Shown piece by piece: positions 44,615-56,377 of a stretch of 64,000 bases of DNA. The translations under genes were made by a program, and so were the position numbers. Position 1 is the stretch's first letter, and each line of letters opens with the position of its first letter. The stretch spans positions 40,734,001 through 40,798,000 of the forward strand of contig OZ024745.1 of NCBI GenBank assembly GCA_964016885.1. The letters run 5' to 3'. The DNA is from Eledone cirrhosa. Taxonomy: Eukaryota. The notes beneath the pieces were generated by a model. That model did no database searches. It saw only the letters and a program-made list of their open reading frames with translations, and was not told the origin of the DNA.

Positions 44615-45028
44615 ATCAAAAGATGGTTAAAGGAGTTCCATGTATTTTATTATGCGCATTTCAAAAACAAACATCATCATGCAATAATATTTGTGTTTTC
44701 ATCAGATAAAACAGGAGGACATGATATGAAGGCTAAAAAACACTTGTGGATAGTGCAGTTTTAAATCAACATATGTTGATTTAAAACTGCACTATCCACA
44801 AGTGTTGTTTAGCCTTCATATCATGTCCTCCTGTTTTATCTGATGAAAACACAAATATTATTGCATGATGATGTTTGTTTTTGAAATGCGCATAATAAAA
44901 TACATGGAACTCCTTTAACCATCTTTTGATCTTATATATTATGTATACTCCAGTCCTACAAACTGTAGAGTGCTCCTTATCCGATATCTGCGTTGCTTTA
45001 TTGTACTACAATAAAACTCACCTCCTAC
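44611..45028. mobile_element. Palindromic pLTR-only insert (324-bp palindrome 44611-44934, ~90-nt tail)
   Basis: Centre at 44772/44773, no loop, one visible mismatch; HHR on both strands; TA flanks. Confidence 0.88.
44833..44901 (+). ncRNA. Type I hammerhead ribozyme (mirror copy 44644-44712 on -)
   Basis: gttttat-CTGATGA-[long helix II]-GAAA-tgcgca-TA-ataaaat. Confidence 0.8.
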
Positions 45029-45057
45029 ATATATATATATATATATATACATATATT

Positions 45058-45121
<64 letters not shown>

Positions 45122-45294
45122 TTTATATATATATACATATATATATATACATACATATATTTATATATATATATATATACATATATTTATATATATATAT
45201 ACATATATATATATACATATATGTATATATACATATATATATATACATATATACATATATATATATACATATATATATACATATATTTATATGT

Positions 45295-46500
45295 AAATAT
45301 CTTTAAGTCGTTTGGAAGCCTCGACAATCCAAATGGGTAAATCTCCGGGTAACAAGATCCGGTGGTGGAGAGAGAGATGTAAGTGGGTGTACGTTGAGAT
45401 ACGTGGTGTGTATGAGATGTGTAGAAGAATGAAGGAAAGAGTATAAAGGATAAAATAAAATAACAACACGAGAGAGAGTTACCTTGGGAGAGATTTAATA
45501 GTCCCTATATATTTCTGATTCACATCCATCAACTGGGGGTTTTCCGGGGTGGGGGAAAGGTTGTCTGTCGGACAAGTGCGAAACGCGTCCTCCGCTGTAT
45601 GTTGTTTTGAATATTTGAGGTATTCGGCAGAGCGCGCGTGCGCGTGAAATGGGGTCGGTCGGGCAGAGGTCAGCGGCCGAATGAGGGAGTGGGGTGGCGC
45701 TAGCTGTCAGTCCATTCTCTGCCTGTTTGTTAACTGTTACTGTGTGTGTGTGTGCGTGTGTTGTTGTCTCGCTTGAGTGTGTGTGTGTGTGCGTGTGTTG
45801 TTGCCTTGTTCCTCTGTATTGGCAGTTTAGTATGTTCGTATGGTGGAATGCTACTGTGTGTGTGTGCGTCTGTGTGTGTGTAGTTGTCTCGTTTGTGTGT
45901 GTGTGTATGCGTGTGTGCTGCATCGTTTGTTAGCTTAAACCAGCGATCTCATTTCGCTTCTCTCTGATCGGTTGTTTATTTGCGGTTGCAAGCGCTTCCT
46001 TGATACGTAACGTGCCGACGTTTCTTTCAGTCGCTAGAATTGTGACAATGGGCCTTCCGTCTTTGTTTCCGCATTTGTCTATGTGTTTCCGGAAAGACGA
46101 GGCCCTGGTTTTAGTGTGTTCCTTGATCCGGATGTGCAAAGGTCGGATTATGCTACCTATGTAGTATTGGTTGAACCTGTCACATTCTATCTTATACACG
46201 ACGTATGTGCGTAGGCAACAGTTCGCATGGCGTAACGGGCAGTCTCTGAGGGAGCATGTGTCAGTAGATTTCCCGGGTTTCATGGAGAGGCATCTTCGCA
46301 GGGAGGGGCCCGAGTGGGCCAGGTGGATGTCGAGGCCCTCCCTCCGTATAGCCTTGCGGATAGCGTTGGTGGTATTCTCGCCCAGGTGTAGCATTTTAAG
46401 GAAGCACATGCCTTGGGTGCCTCTCTGTCTCTTGCGTCTGGTGTGTCCTATTCTGTCTGTGATCGAGGTAGGGTGCTCGTTCGTCTCCAGCACCTCGATA
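45295..46500 (-). mobile_element. Penelope-like element 3, 3' fragment (GIY-YIG region + 3' UTR)
   Basis: CSLRDCP...C..TYVVYKIEC..QYYIGSIIRPLHIRIKEH..LRIKEAL (45930-46500); CA-rich UTR; TA flanks. Confidence 0.82.
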
Positions 46501-46548
46501 TACACATATATTTATATATATATACATATATTTATATATATATACATA

Positions 46549-46590
<42 letters not shown>

Positions 46591-46596
<6 letters not shown>

Positions 46597-46878
46597 TGTA
46601 ATAAACAACATAAGGCAATTATTCCATTTACCAGTAGGTTTCTTAAAAGCAAAAGATTTTGCTTTCAATCCTCAGAATGAAAAAATCCAAATTCAATAAA
46701 CAGACCAGCATTTTTTTCATTCTGAGGATCGAAAGCAAAATCTTTTGCTTTTAAGAAACCACTGGTAAATGGAATAATTGCCTTATGCTGTTTATTACAT
46801 AACTATTAAGCTCTGTTACCTATATAGAGCACTCTTTTTTCCTGGACTTTTCCGACGGAATTACTTCATTCACACACA
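46591..46878. mobile_element. Fold-back pLTR-only insert (arms 46591-46686 / 46710-46805, ~70-nt tail)
   Basis: Inverted arms visible; HHR on both strands; TA flanks. Confidence 0.85.
46715..46774 (+). ncRNA. Type I hammerhead ribozyme (mirror copy 46622-46682 on -)
   Basis: tttcatt-CTGAGGA-tcgaaagcaaaa tc ttttgcttttaa-GAAA-ccactgg-TA-aatggaa. Confidence 0.82.
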
Positions 46879-47087
46879 TATATATATATAAAGAAAAAGA
46901 GATGAAATCGAAAATGCAACTGAAGTCTTATTTTTTTTTTAAATATATATATTTATTTGGTTCCTTTACCGGTTTCGCAGTTCTTCTGCTTTTCAAAAGG
47001 TGATTTGAGATGGAGGGTCTGTGGTTTTTCTCACATTGTAAAAAAAACCTCACTTTCTAATATATACCCACCACACGAAGACCGAAA

Positions 47088-48290
47088 ATGCCACCAAAGT
47101 CTCAACAAAACAACAACTCACTGAACCAGGACATCTTAAATGAACTCAAAGAGATTTCCTCTAAACTCTCAATTTTGACCAACAAAGTGGACCAAATACA
47201 CATCTATAAAAAAGGACCCCACGAAGAAACAGAAAATACCCAAGAGACGAATATTACTCCAGTATTAACTAAGCTAATCGAAACCATTGAAACAGCAATG
47301 CTCCAAAAGCTTGAACAACCGTTAGAACCCAATCTACGAGATGTCCACTCAGTGAAAAACACCCTAATCAACATATGGACTCAAAAGCTCACAGCCCGCA
47401 AATTCGCCCTTTGGAATCTCCTAAAAAATAATGGCAAGGCAGACATATATGAAAAGTGGCTAAACTCTACCCCAATCATCCTCCCAAAAAAACTCCAAAT
47501 AAAACCCATCCCGAATGAACCAGAAAACCAACAAAGACTTAGGGAAAAGATGGCATTGGAAAAATTTAAAACAGAAATAGAACTGTTGCGATTAAGAGCC
47601 AACTCCAACGAAGAAAAATTCAAGTCACTCGACCAACAGATGGACACAGAAATCTCAAAGCACTCTGAAGGCCTACTCTACAAAAAAACCCTAAAACTTT
47701 GGAAAGAAAACTGTGAGGATGAAGAACTCACATCCCTCCAGCGATGGGAAAAAAACGCCACCTGGTTCAACAACTACGAAATGGACTTCAAAAATGAACA
47801 ACATACAAGTAACCCATTTTTAAAACAAACTAAAACTCACACACCACATGTACAACAAATAACAAAAAAAGTAACAAAACGTCCAACATACCCCCAGCAA
47901 AACTATAACGATAATCCCAGAAACCATAGACAAAACTATAACCCTACTAACAAAAACCAAAGATCCCCGAACACAAGGCAGGACCTGATCCGCAGATCAC
48001 AACCCACACAAAACCTATCTCAAAACCGTAGACCCCTGCCCACACAGAGCCTGTTCCAAAACCATAGATCCCAACCCACACAAAGGAACCAAATCTACAA
48101 CTCGGACTATCAACAAACCGAACCTCAATACGTCCGAAACTTCTATACAAGACCACACAACAACAGGGGAAATACCATTAGATATAATAATACCAATGAA
48201 AAAACATTCCAGAAAAATCATTTTTTAGACCAAGGCTACAGGACTCACGACACCCGGTGGCACAAAACGATTTTGAAAAACCGAAAATAA
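47088..48290 (+). CDS. PLE upstream ORF1 (400 aa; helical/coiled-coil-like, Q/N/R-rich C-terminus)
   Basis: Uninterrupted ATG-initiated ORF inside the element; overlaps ORF2. Confidence 0.8.
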   Translation: MPPKSQQNNNSLNQDILNELKEISSKLSILTNKVDQIHIYKKGPHEETENTQETNITPVLTKLIETIETAMLQKLEQPLEPNLRDVHSVKNTLINIWTQKLTARKFALWNLLKNNGKADIYEKWLNSTPIILPKKLQIKPIPNEPENQQRLREKMALEKFKTEIELLRLRANSNEEKFKSLDQQMDTEISKHSEGLLYKKTLKLWKENCEDEELTSLQRWEKNATWFNNYEMDFKNEQHTSNPFLKQTKTHTPHVQQITKKVTKRPTYPQQNYNDNPRNHRQNYNPTNKNQRSPNTRQDLIRRSQPTQNLSQNRRPLPTQSLFQNHRSQPTQRNQIYNSDYQQTEPQYVRNFYTRPHNNRGNTIRYNNTNEKTFQKNHFLDQGYRTHDTRWHKTILKNRK

Positions 48291-50527
48291 TTAACATTTC
48301 AAATACAAACCTCTCAGCCCAACAGGTAAAAATTCTCTCCAAAGGTCTGAAATTCACACCAACACCACAATATCCTAATCCCAACGAGATAAATGACGAT
48401 ATCTCACACTTATGTAGAAAATTACGTCTCACAGAGGAATTCTTTGACAAGGAGAATAACGACGAATCAATTGTACGGAATAAAAGCAGCTACAACCCAA
48501 CAAAAGGTAGAAACAGAGTTCTGGACAAATTTTGTGACCACATAGCTACCTTCCCATACCATGAACTACCGCAACCTAAACCCAAACCCAACACAAGTCG
48601 AAGGGAATGGGAGATTATCCATGAACTAAAAAACAATACGGACATTGTAATTAAGGAAGCGGACAAGGGAAGTACTGTTGTCATTATGGAGGCTGAAAAA
48701 TATAAAAATTCTATGTTCTCTCTCTTACAAAATACTAATTACTATGAAAGAGTAAAAAACTACCAGCAATCAAAAATAATGACCACATTAAACACACTGA
48801 TTTATCGATACCAGGAAGACCTAACTAAAAAGGAACGCGATTATTTAACAAATTTTGAATACAAAACCAGCAACCTTTACGGACTTCCGAAGATCCACAA
48901 ATGTAAAATAATCAACGATGCCTGTAAACAATCCACCTCAGCCTGCGTGAACACACAATACCCCACAGACATTAAATTAAGACCAATTGTAGCGGGCCCA
49001 CAATGTGAAACACACAGATTGAGCAACTTTATAGACATACTACTGAAACCAATACTGAAACACATACCAAGCCTTGTAAGAGACGATCTGGACCTCTTAA
49101 ACCACCTCCCCAAACATGTCAACAACGACACTATTATTGTGTCTTTCGATGTAGTGAATCTCTACACAACGATCCCACACCAATACGGACTAGAAGCAAT
49201 AGGATTCTGGCTAGAGAAATATCCCAATGAGATACCTGACAGAATAGAAAAAAGCTTCATTACCGAGGGATTAAAATTCATCCTACAGAACAACTTTTTT
49301 GATTTCGATGGCAATACTTACAAGCAAATATCGGGGACTGCGATGGGCACAAAAGTCGCTCCAACTTATGCCAACTCAGTCATGGCATACTTAGAAGTCC
49401 AGATATATGAACAGTCCAAATCAAAATACGGATTGAACTTCCACAAATATTTATCAGAGAATTGGAAACGCTACTTGGATGATTGCCTCATTCTTTGGTC
49501 CCACACACTCGACCAACTGAAGGATTTCAAAAACTTAATAAACGTCATCAATAACCACATCCAATTCACAATGGAATACAGCCAAGATCAACTCCCATTT
49601 CTGGACATCTTAATCACAAAAAAAGACACAAATATCGAAACTGACATACACTACAAACCAACAGATTCCAAACAATATCTGCTATTCACCTCCAACCATC
49701 CAAAGCACACGAAGACGAACATTCCTTTTAACCTAGCAAGAAGAATTTGCACAATTGTCTCCAATTATGAAACGCGAAATAAAAGACTTCAAGAATTAAA
49801 GGAAATTCTACTTGAGAGAGAGTACCCACTATTACTAATAAATAATGGAATAGAAAGGGCTAAAGCAATAGGCATTGAAGAATTACGGAAACAGAAACAA
49901 ATTAAAGGTACGTCCAATATTCTATCATATATCTCAACACACAACCCAAGAAATGCGGAAGCTTACAACACTATTCACAATAACATCCCACTACTAAAAC
50001 AAAACCCAAGAATGAAAAAAGCCCTTGAAACACACAAAATAATCAAAAGCAAAAGACAACCAAAATCACTGAAAACATTACTCACCAATGCCAAATTACC
50101 TACCACAAACCCACAACCAAGTATCAAAAAATGTGGTCGCTCTAATTGTGGAACCTGCACTCACCTCATTGAAGGCAACACGTATACATTTAAATCAGGA
50201 CAAAATTTTACTGTAAAAAATCACTTCACTTGCTCATCAAAAAATCTAATTTATGCCATTAAATGTAAAGGATGCAATGAAGATTATATAGGACAAGCTA
50301 AACTCACACTCAGAAACAGAATGACAGTTCATCGCCAACAATTACGAGATCCAACCACGAGACAGATACCGCTAAGTGCACATCTAGACATTTGCGCAAG
50401 TAATAAGACACCCAAATTCCAAGTCTTCCCATTTTACCTTTGCGCTAACAATACAAAAGAACAAATGCGAATAAATAAGGAAAATATGTTTATTCAAAAA
50501 TATAGACCAACATTAAATAAGGTTTAA
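48257..50527 (+). CDS. PLE reverse transcriptase + GIY-YIG endonuclease (frame open from 48200; no ATG at its start)
   Basis: KGLKFTPTP, IKEADKG, YGLPKIHK, LRPIVAG, FDVVNLYT, GTAMG, RYLDD, FLDI, SNHP, CGRSNCGTC, NLIY..C..C..DYIGQ..RMTVH. Confidence 0.95.
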   Translation: MAQNDFEKPKIINISNTNLSAQQVKILSKGLKFTPTPQYPNPNEINDDISHLCRKLRLTEEFFDKENNDESIVRNKSSYNPTKGRNRVLDKFCDHIATFPYHELPQPKPKPNTSRREWEIIHELKNNTDIVIKEADKGSTVVIMEAEKYKNSMFSLLQNTNYYERVKNYQQSKIMTTLNTLIYRYQEDLTKKERDYLTNFEYKTSNLYGLPKIHKCKIINDACKQSTSACVNTQYPTDIKLRPIVAGPQCETHRLSNFIDILLKPILKHIPSLVRDDLDLLNHLPKHVNNDTIIVSFDVVNLYTTIPHQYGLEAIGFWLEKYPNEIPDRIEKSFITEGLKFILQNNFFDFDGNTYKQISGTAMGTKVAPTYANSVMAYLEVQIYEQSKSKYGLNFHKYLSENWKRYLDDCLILWSHTLDQLKDFKNLINVINNHIQFTMEYSQDQLPFLDILITKKDTNIETDIHYKPTDSKQYLLFTSNHPKHTKTNIPFNLARRICTIVSNYETRNKRLQELKEILLEREYPLLLINNGIERAKAIGIEELRKQKQIKGTSNILSYISTHNPRNAEAYNTIHNNIPLLKQNPRMKKALETHKIIKSKRQPKSLKTLLTNAKLPTTNPQPSIKKCGRSNCGTCTHLIEGNTYTFKSGQNFTVKNHFTCSSKNLIYAIKCKGCNEDYIGQAKLTLRNRMTVHRQQLRDPTTRQIPLSAHLDICASNKTPKFQVFPFYLCANNTKEQMRINKENMFIQKYRPTLNKV

Positions 50528-51550
50528 TATACATTATGTCAACACCACAATATGACATACACACACACACATAACACCTTCTACTTTAGAAAATAAAAAC
50601 CCGAACTAAATAAACCTTAACATACGTTTGCACTGGCAATACAACAGCAAACACGAAAAAGTCAGGAAAATATGTTCATTCAAAAATATTCCTACTAAAG
50701 GAATCACTTTCCTACACACACAATATATATATATATATATTCTCTTCATCTTAACATGCTAACCATACTCCCACACACATAACACCCATACACACACATA
50801 ACAACCCCCACACCTACAACTCCCTCCCCATTTCTACTAATAGAACCACTTTCCTACACACATATATATATAAACACACAAAAAATATATATTCTCTCCA
50901 TCTTAACATACTCGCACACACACACATAACACCCATATACACACACACACACAACTCCCTCCCCCATCTCTACTAATAGAATCATCTTCCAATACACACA
51001 TACACACACACACGCACATATACACACACACAAGCACACAAATAAACACATATCTTCAGTCTCAATAGAAAATCTGAACTCTGACACCTGAACTCTGACA
51101 GCTGCCAATATTCACTGAACCAGAACATTTCTCCCAATCCCTTTTCCCTTGACGACTATCTCTCCATTGTCATAACATTCACTATAAAGACTACAGAATA
51201 GTTTTCCAAATAAGGGCACAAAAATGTAATGAAAACTTGTTCACGTGACAGCCAAATTTCATTTATAACCAACCCAAAAAAAGCCTTCGTGAGCCTCATT
51301 TTTCAAAGTAAAAAGAAATTCAAACACTCATATATGAAAAATCAACCTGTGACAACCCCCCCCCCCCCCGTCTCTTATTTGAAGAACTCTTGTAACGCGA
51401 ACTGGCGCGAAATTTATTATAATTATTGACAAACCAATCAAATTACTTCTCGAAAAACCTGGCTTTCGAGCCACTTTTTCCATATAAAACAAGTAACAGT
51501 TAGAGACCAACCAGATGTGAGAAAAACCACAGACCCTCCATCTCAACTCA

Positions 51551-51588
51551 CCTTTTGAAAAGCAGAAGAACTGCGAAACCGGTAAAGG
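51551..51588 (+). ncRNA. Minimal hammerhead ribozyme, U3-A8 core variant (mirror copy 46963-47000 on -)
   Basis: cctt-TTGAAAA-gcag aagaa ctgc-GAAA-ccgg-TA-aagg. Confidence 0.72.
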
Positions 51589-51719
51589 AACCAAATAAAT
51601 ATATATATTTAAAAAAAAAATAAGACTTCAGTTGCATTTTCGATTTCATCTCTTTTTCTTTATACTTCCACTCGTGTAGGACACCTCGGTTATTTTTCAT
51701 TTTGTAAAAAAAACCTCAC

Positions 51720-51727
<8 letters not shown>

Positions 51728-51793
<66 letters not shown>

Positions 51794-51918
51794 TATTTAT
51801 ATATATATACATATATTTATATATATATATACATATATTTATATATATATACATATAGTTATATATATATACATATAGTTATATATATATACATATAGTT
51901 ATATATATATACATATAG

Positions 51919-51973
<55 letters not shown>

Positions 51974-52021
51974 TATAGTTATATATATATATATACATAT
52001 ATATATATACATATATATAGT

Positions 52022-52093
<72 letters not shown>

Positions 52094-52189
52094 TTTATAT
52101 ATATATATATACATATATTTATATATATATATATATACATATATTTATATATATACATATATTTATATATATATATACATATATACATA

Positions 52190-52249
<60 letters not shown>
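51728..52249. repeat. Imperfect (TA)n array
   Basis: Directly visible. Confidence 0.97.
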
Positions 52250-52254
<5 letters not shown>

Positions 52255-52748
52255 ATACTTGGGGAGGGTCATATTTGTGTAATATTGCCAGAATTAATAA
52301 CAGAACACACTCACTGTGTGGTTGGTTTTCGCTTCTCGCTTCTGTGTCTGTTATATCGGTAATCTATCTTACTCGGTCTTCAATGTTGCCATTGACTGAC
52401 CGGCGGTCAAAAATAATACAGATACACTATAGACACAAACACATATATATAGTTTATCATAAATCTTTCGTTGCACATCTGCAACATCGTTAGTGGTGCT
52501 AAATTTTCCTCCTGTTGTATTTTATGTCTACGCCATTTTTATTCAGTCTGTCTATATATTTATTTATTTATTTGCTTGTTTGTTTATTTTATTTTGTCTT
52601 CTTTGCGCATGCGTTTGCGTGTGTGTATAGTGTTTTGTTTGCTGTGTGATGGGTGACTAGTGTGTGTTTATGTGCTTGTTGTTTTTGTGCTTGTGTATGT
52701 ATTTATTTATTTATTAATTTATTTATTTATTTTATTTTATTTACTTAT

Positions 52749-55700
52749 TTATACTTCTCTTAGGTCAGTGTTGTTTGTTTGGGTGTTGTTGTTACTCCAT
52801 TCATTCTTTCTGTTTAGCCTTGGTCTTCTAATTTCTATTTCACTGGCCTCTCTGATTTGCCTATCTGCTGGGTCATTTCTATGTTTAGATATTATTCTAA
52901 TGTCTATGTTGTCTATGTTACCGTCATGTTGTTGTCTAGCATGTTCGCATATTACTGACCCGTTTTTTCGTCCTTTTAGTTCCTTCCAGTGTTGGTCTAT
53001 GCTTTCACCTATGCTACGAACTGTTTCACCTATGTATGTTGTTGTCATGTTTCTGCAAGTACCCTCTGTACATCTTTTGCTATAAACTACGTTTCTAGTT
53101 TTACAGTTTATCCGGGGGTTCACCTTACATATGATACATTTCCTATTGGTACAGTGGGTTTTCTTAAAAGGGTAAGTTTTGCTGATCAGGGATTTTATGG
53201 TGGTTCCTGGCTTTTCTACCACCTTTATTTTTAAGTGGGTCTTTCTCAGGGCCTTTCTACACTGGTTAACTAATTTCCCTCCAGGGGTAGCGTCCACAAA
53301 CATCACACTCTGGTTGTCGTACCATGAGGTGGCTTTCCCTATCTTATGTCTAGCCCTATCTAAGCTATTCCATGATTTGCTCCTGTATAATGGGCAAATT
53401 CCTTTCATGTCCAGTTTTATGAGGGTCTTATACTTCTCCATGTCTCCTTCGTATACTCTGACTCTGTCTCTTTGGTTGTAGCCAGAGAACTGCATGCGGT
53501 TGATGAAGTCTTGGATGTGTCTTTTCATTTCTGTTGGGTCGCACATGCGGGACACATTCTTCATCACTCGTACCAAATCTGCGATCAGAATATTAAACTT
53601 AGCACTACTGGACATTGCTGAGTTTTTGAGTATCAGGTATTTGGAGGCCATGGGTTTAGCATAGTGTGAGTGGAGAATTTGGGCTCTCTCGTCTATAGTG
53701 TTAATCCAGAGTTCCGTGTCTAATACAGGTAGTCTATTGTTAGGGTGTTTGGAAGGGAAGTCGATAGTTACAGTTATACTCTGGTGTATGGAATTAGCTA
53801 TCTGCTGGATGCTTTCCATCGTGCTACGTCCTAAATCAAACTTGTTAGTGCTCTCTAGTGGAGGTGTTCTTATAACTATATTGATATCGTCTACATAACG
53901 AGAGTGCATGATGAGGTCTATGGAGCTCTCATTAAGGAGATCTTTAAGTCTCCTTTCCCACCATACCATGAAAAGGTTGGCAACATCACCAGCTATGCTG
54001 ACGCCGATGGCTGCTCCCTCATTTTGGGTGTAGATCTTCTCGTTGAACTTAAATATGTGGCCCTTTAGGGTAGTTTTGATACTAACCCCTATTGCATGTG
54101 CGACCATTTTTCTTACCTGATCATTGTTTTGGGGGGTCCGTATAGCTTTGGTCCACCCAATCCACCTTCCCATGGGAGTCTTTTTTGCCATTGAGGTTAT
54201 GGTGGGGGTCTACCTCTTATAGGTCTACTAGGGCAGAAACGTCTAAGGTAATGGCTGTCTAGGTAGTCAGTGTCGTAGGTAAGTCTAAGTAGGAGGCCCA
54301 GTTCGTCTCTGTCGACGTCGCAGAACTCCACCTCACTCTCAATGATCATCTCCACACATCTTTTCACAGCAAAATCAATGTTAATGGATGGGTGCAGTGA
54401 TACCATATCCATACTGCCTATTATGCAGCTGGATAGGTTCCTGTTTTTGTTGCACTCGCTGATTCTGTTGAGAAGGTCCTCTGTACTGTCACATACATCT
54501 GGGGACATCTTGATTATGGGGCGTATAACCATTGAGAGGAAGTAGGAGATCCTGTAGTTGCTAGCTATATTAGCTCCGCATACGGGTCCTGTTGGTGGTC
54601 CTGTTTTCGGGTCGTCGACTGTCTTGTGGTCTTTGCGGAGCCCATACAAGGGTGGTATGCCATTGTTAGACGCGTGGAGGTTGTTGGCAGTGCGTCTGCT
54701 TGGCTTTAGGATGTCAGTCCACATCATCATGTGAGCGTTGAGGATTTGCTCTCTTCCATCGTGTGTTTGTTGTGCAATTTCGCTCGTGTTGGTGATGTGG
54801 GGTTGCATAGCCTTGATGTAGTTCGGCATGCTATCTATTGACATCCTACCACACTTATCCGTGGGTAGACATACTACCTCACCATCCCTTGTGCGCTGCT
54901 TGAGGCTAAACAAGCCTTCTACAGGTTTCCTCCCAAGTTGTTGGGCCTCTGGTCTGCTCTGTCTCTTAGTATACCTGTCTACTATTTGTCTAATCTTATT
55001 TCTAGCTATGGTGAACTGTGCCCCTGTCTCATCATCTATTTGTTGTGGTATGCAAACTCTTTTATTAAAGGGTAACCTCGTAGGATAGATATTACCCATC
55101 TTATATGTTTTGTCAGCTGGGTTGAAAAATAGTTTCTCTAAGGGGTTGTCATTATATCTATCGTCATATTTGTGTGTGTAGCTATTATTGTTATCATGGT
55201 GGTTGTTGTTGTTTCTATCATTAGCATTATTATTATTGTTATGATTGCTAGATGTATTGTTGTTTACTTCACCGTTATTGTTGTTGTTGTTACTGTTATC
55301 TCTACCATTGTGGTTGTTACTTTTATTATGTTTCTTGTTTTTTGTTGTGTCTATCATTGATGTTGCTACAAGTACTATTTTCTTATTACCACTGTGGTTA
55401 TTGTTGTTGTTGTTCGTATTGTTACCGTTATTACTACTGTGGTCGCTGCTGCTGTGTCTGTGGTTAATGTTTCTATTATTATTATTATTGTGGTTGTTGT
55501 TGTTCTGTCTATCGTTAGTATTATTACCATTATTACTATTTCTCACTTTCCTGCTATTGTTATTGTTATGACTGTTATTTCTATACTCAGAGTTATTGTT
55601 TATATTACTACTACCGTTATTATTGTTGTTGTTGTTGTTTACCTTTGCATTCCAACGTATTTTTGTGAAACACTTTTCCAGCTCCGTTTTGCACTCCATA

Positions 55701-56359
55701 GGGTTAATCTTTTTGTAGATGGCAAATTTTGGTGGTAGCCGCAGGATTTGTTGTTCTTGTTTACTGATTAAAGTGTTCCCATAAATATTTACTATGTGGT
55801 CATTGGTAAATTCTTCCGGTAGTTTTACATCATTCATACGGATATTGTCGATGTTATCTGGGTATTTTTGAGAATATTCAATTTTCCTTTTTTGTATTTT
55901 TTTCTTTTTCATCCATTCTAATTTCTTATTGAAATGCCTATTGCATTCGTTTCGGGCGTATTTCGTTTCACGTCGGATGACGCTCATGAAGTTATCCCTC
56001 TCGTTTGGTGTGGTGAAATTTCGGACATCCTTACCGTTAATGCGTTTCTGTTTGTTAAGTTCGTTGACTTTTGTGTATGTTGTTCGTTTCATATTAACTG
56101 TTATTGTGTGTTTTAGTCGTTTAGCTTGTGTTTTGTTCAATAATAAATTATTTACTTGTTTTGATATGTTTGTTGTGTATGTTTTGGAGGAAACACAGTG
56201 TTTTAAGAAGCGGATTTGTTCTGTTGTTATTGTAGTTTTTATATAACAGAAAACAGTGTCTTTCAATAACCTTTCAGCTTGGCACAAGCTAATGCCATAG
56301 CGGCGATGAATTAGTTTTGCGAGGTTTTTTATATGAAATCGTGTGTCGAAACAAATATT
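52749..56359 (-). pseudogene. PLE RT-GIY-YIG polyprotein with Asn-rich insert; 1-nt frameshift at ~54205
   Basis: LRLPPKFA, PTDKCGR, LYGLRKDHK, SMDMVSL, GAAIG, RYVDD, YIGET; RGRPPP* vs RGRPPTITSMAKKT in element 2; frame open upstream to the junction at ~56359. Confidence 0.9.
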
Positions 56360-56377
56360 GTACAGGAGTAAATATAG

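Larger units (their letters stand above)
46891..51727 (+). mobile_element. Penelope-like element 4 (Neptune-like), apparently intact, with 5' inverted pLTR arm (46891-47035) and 3' pLTR + tail (51515-51727)
   Basis: Two long ORFs; inverted arm; 30-nt direct repeat 47037-47066 = 51702-51731; TA flanks. Confidence 0.93.

Noticed and set aside
45560-45600. GAAACGCGTC hammerhead half-motif
   Set aside because: No CUGANGA core or helix I upstream, and it is antisense to the element.
54195-54210. Programmed frameshift in element 5
   Set aside because: Element 2 is continuous here (RGRPPTITSM); this is a 1-nt deletion in a C-run.
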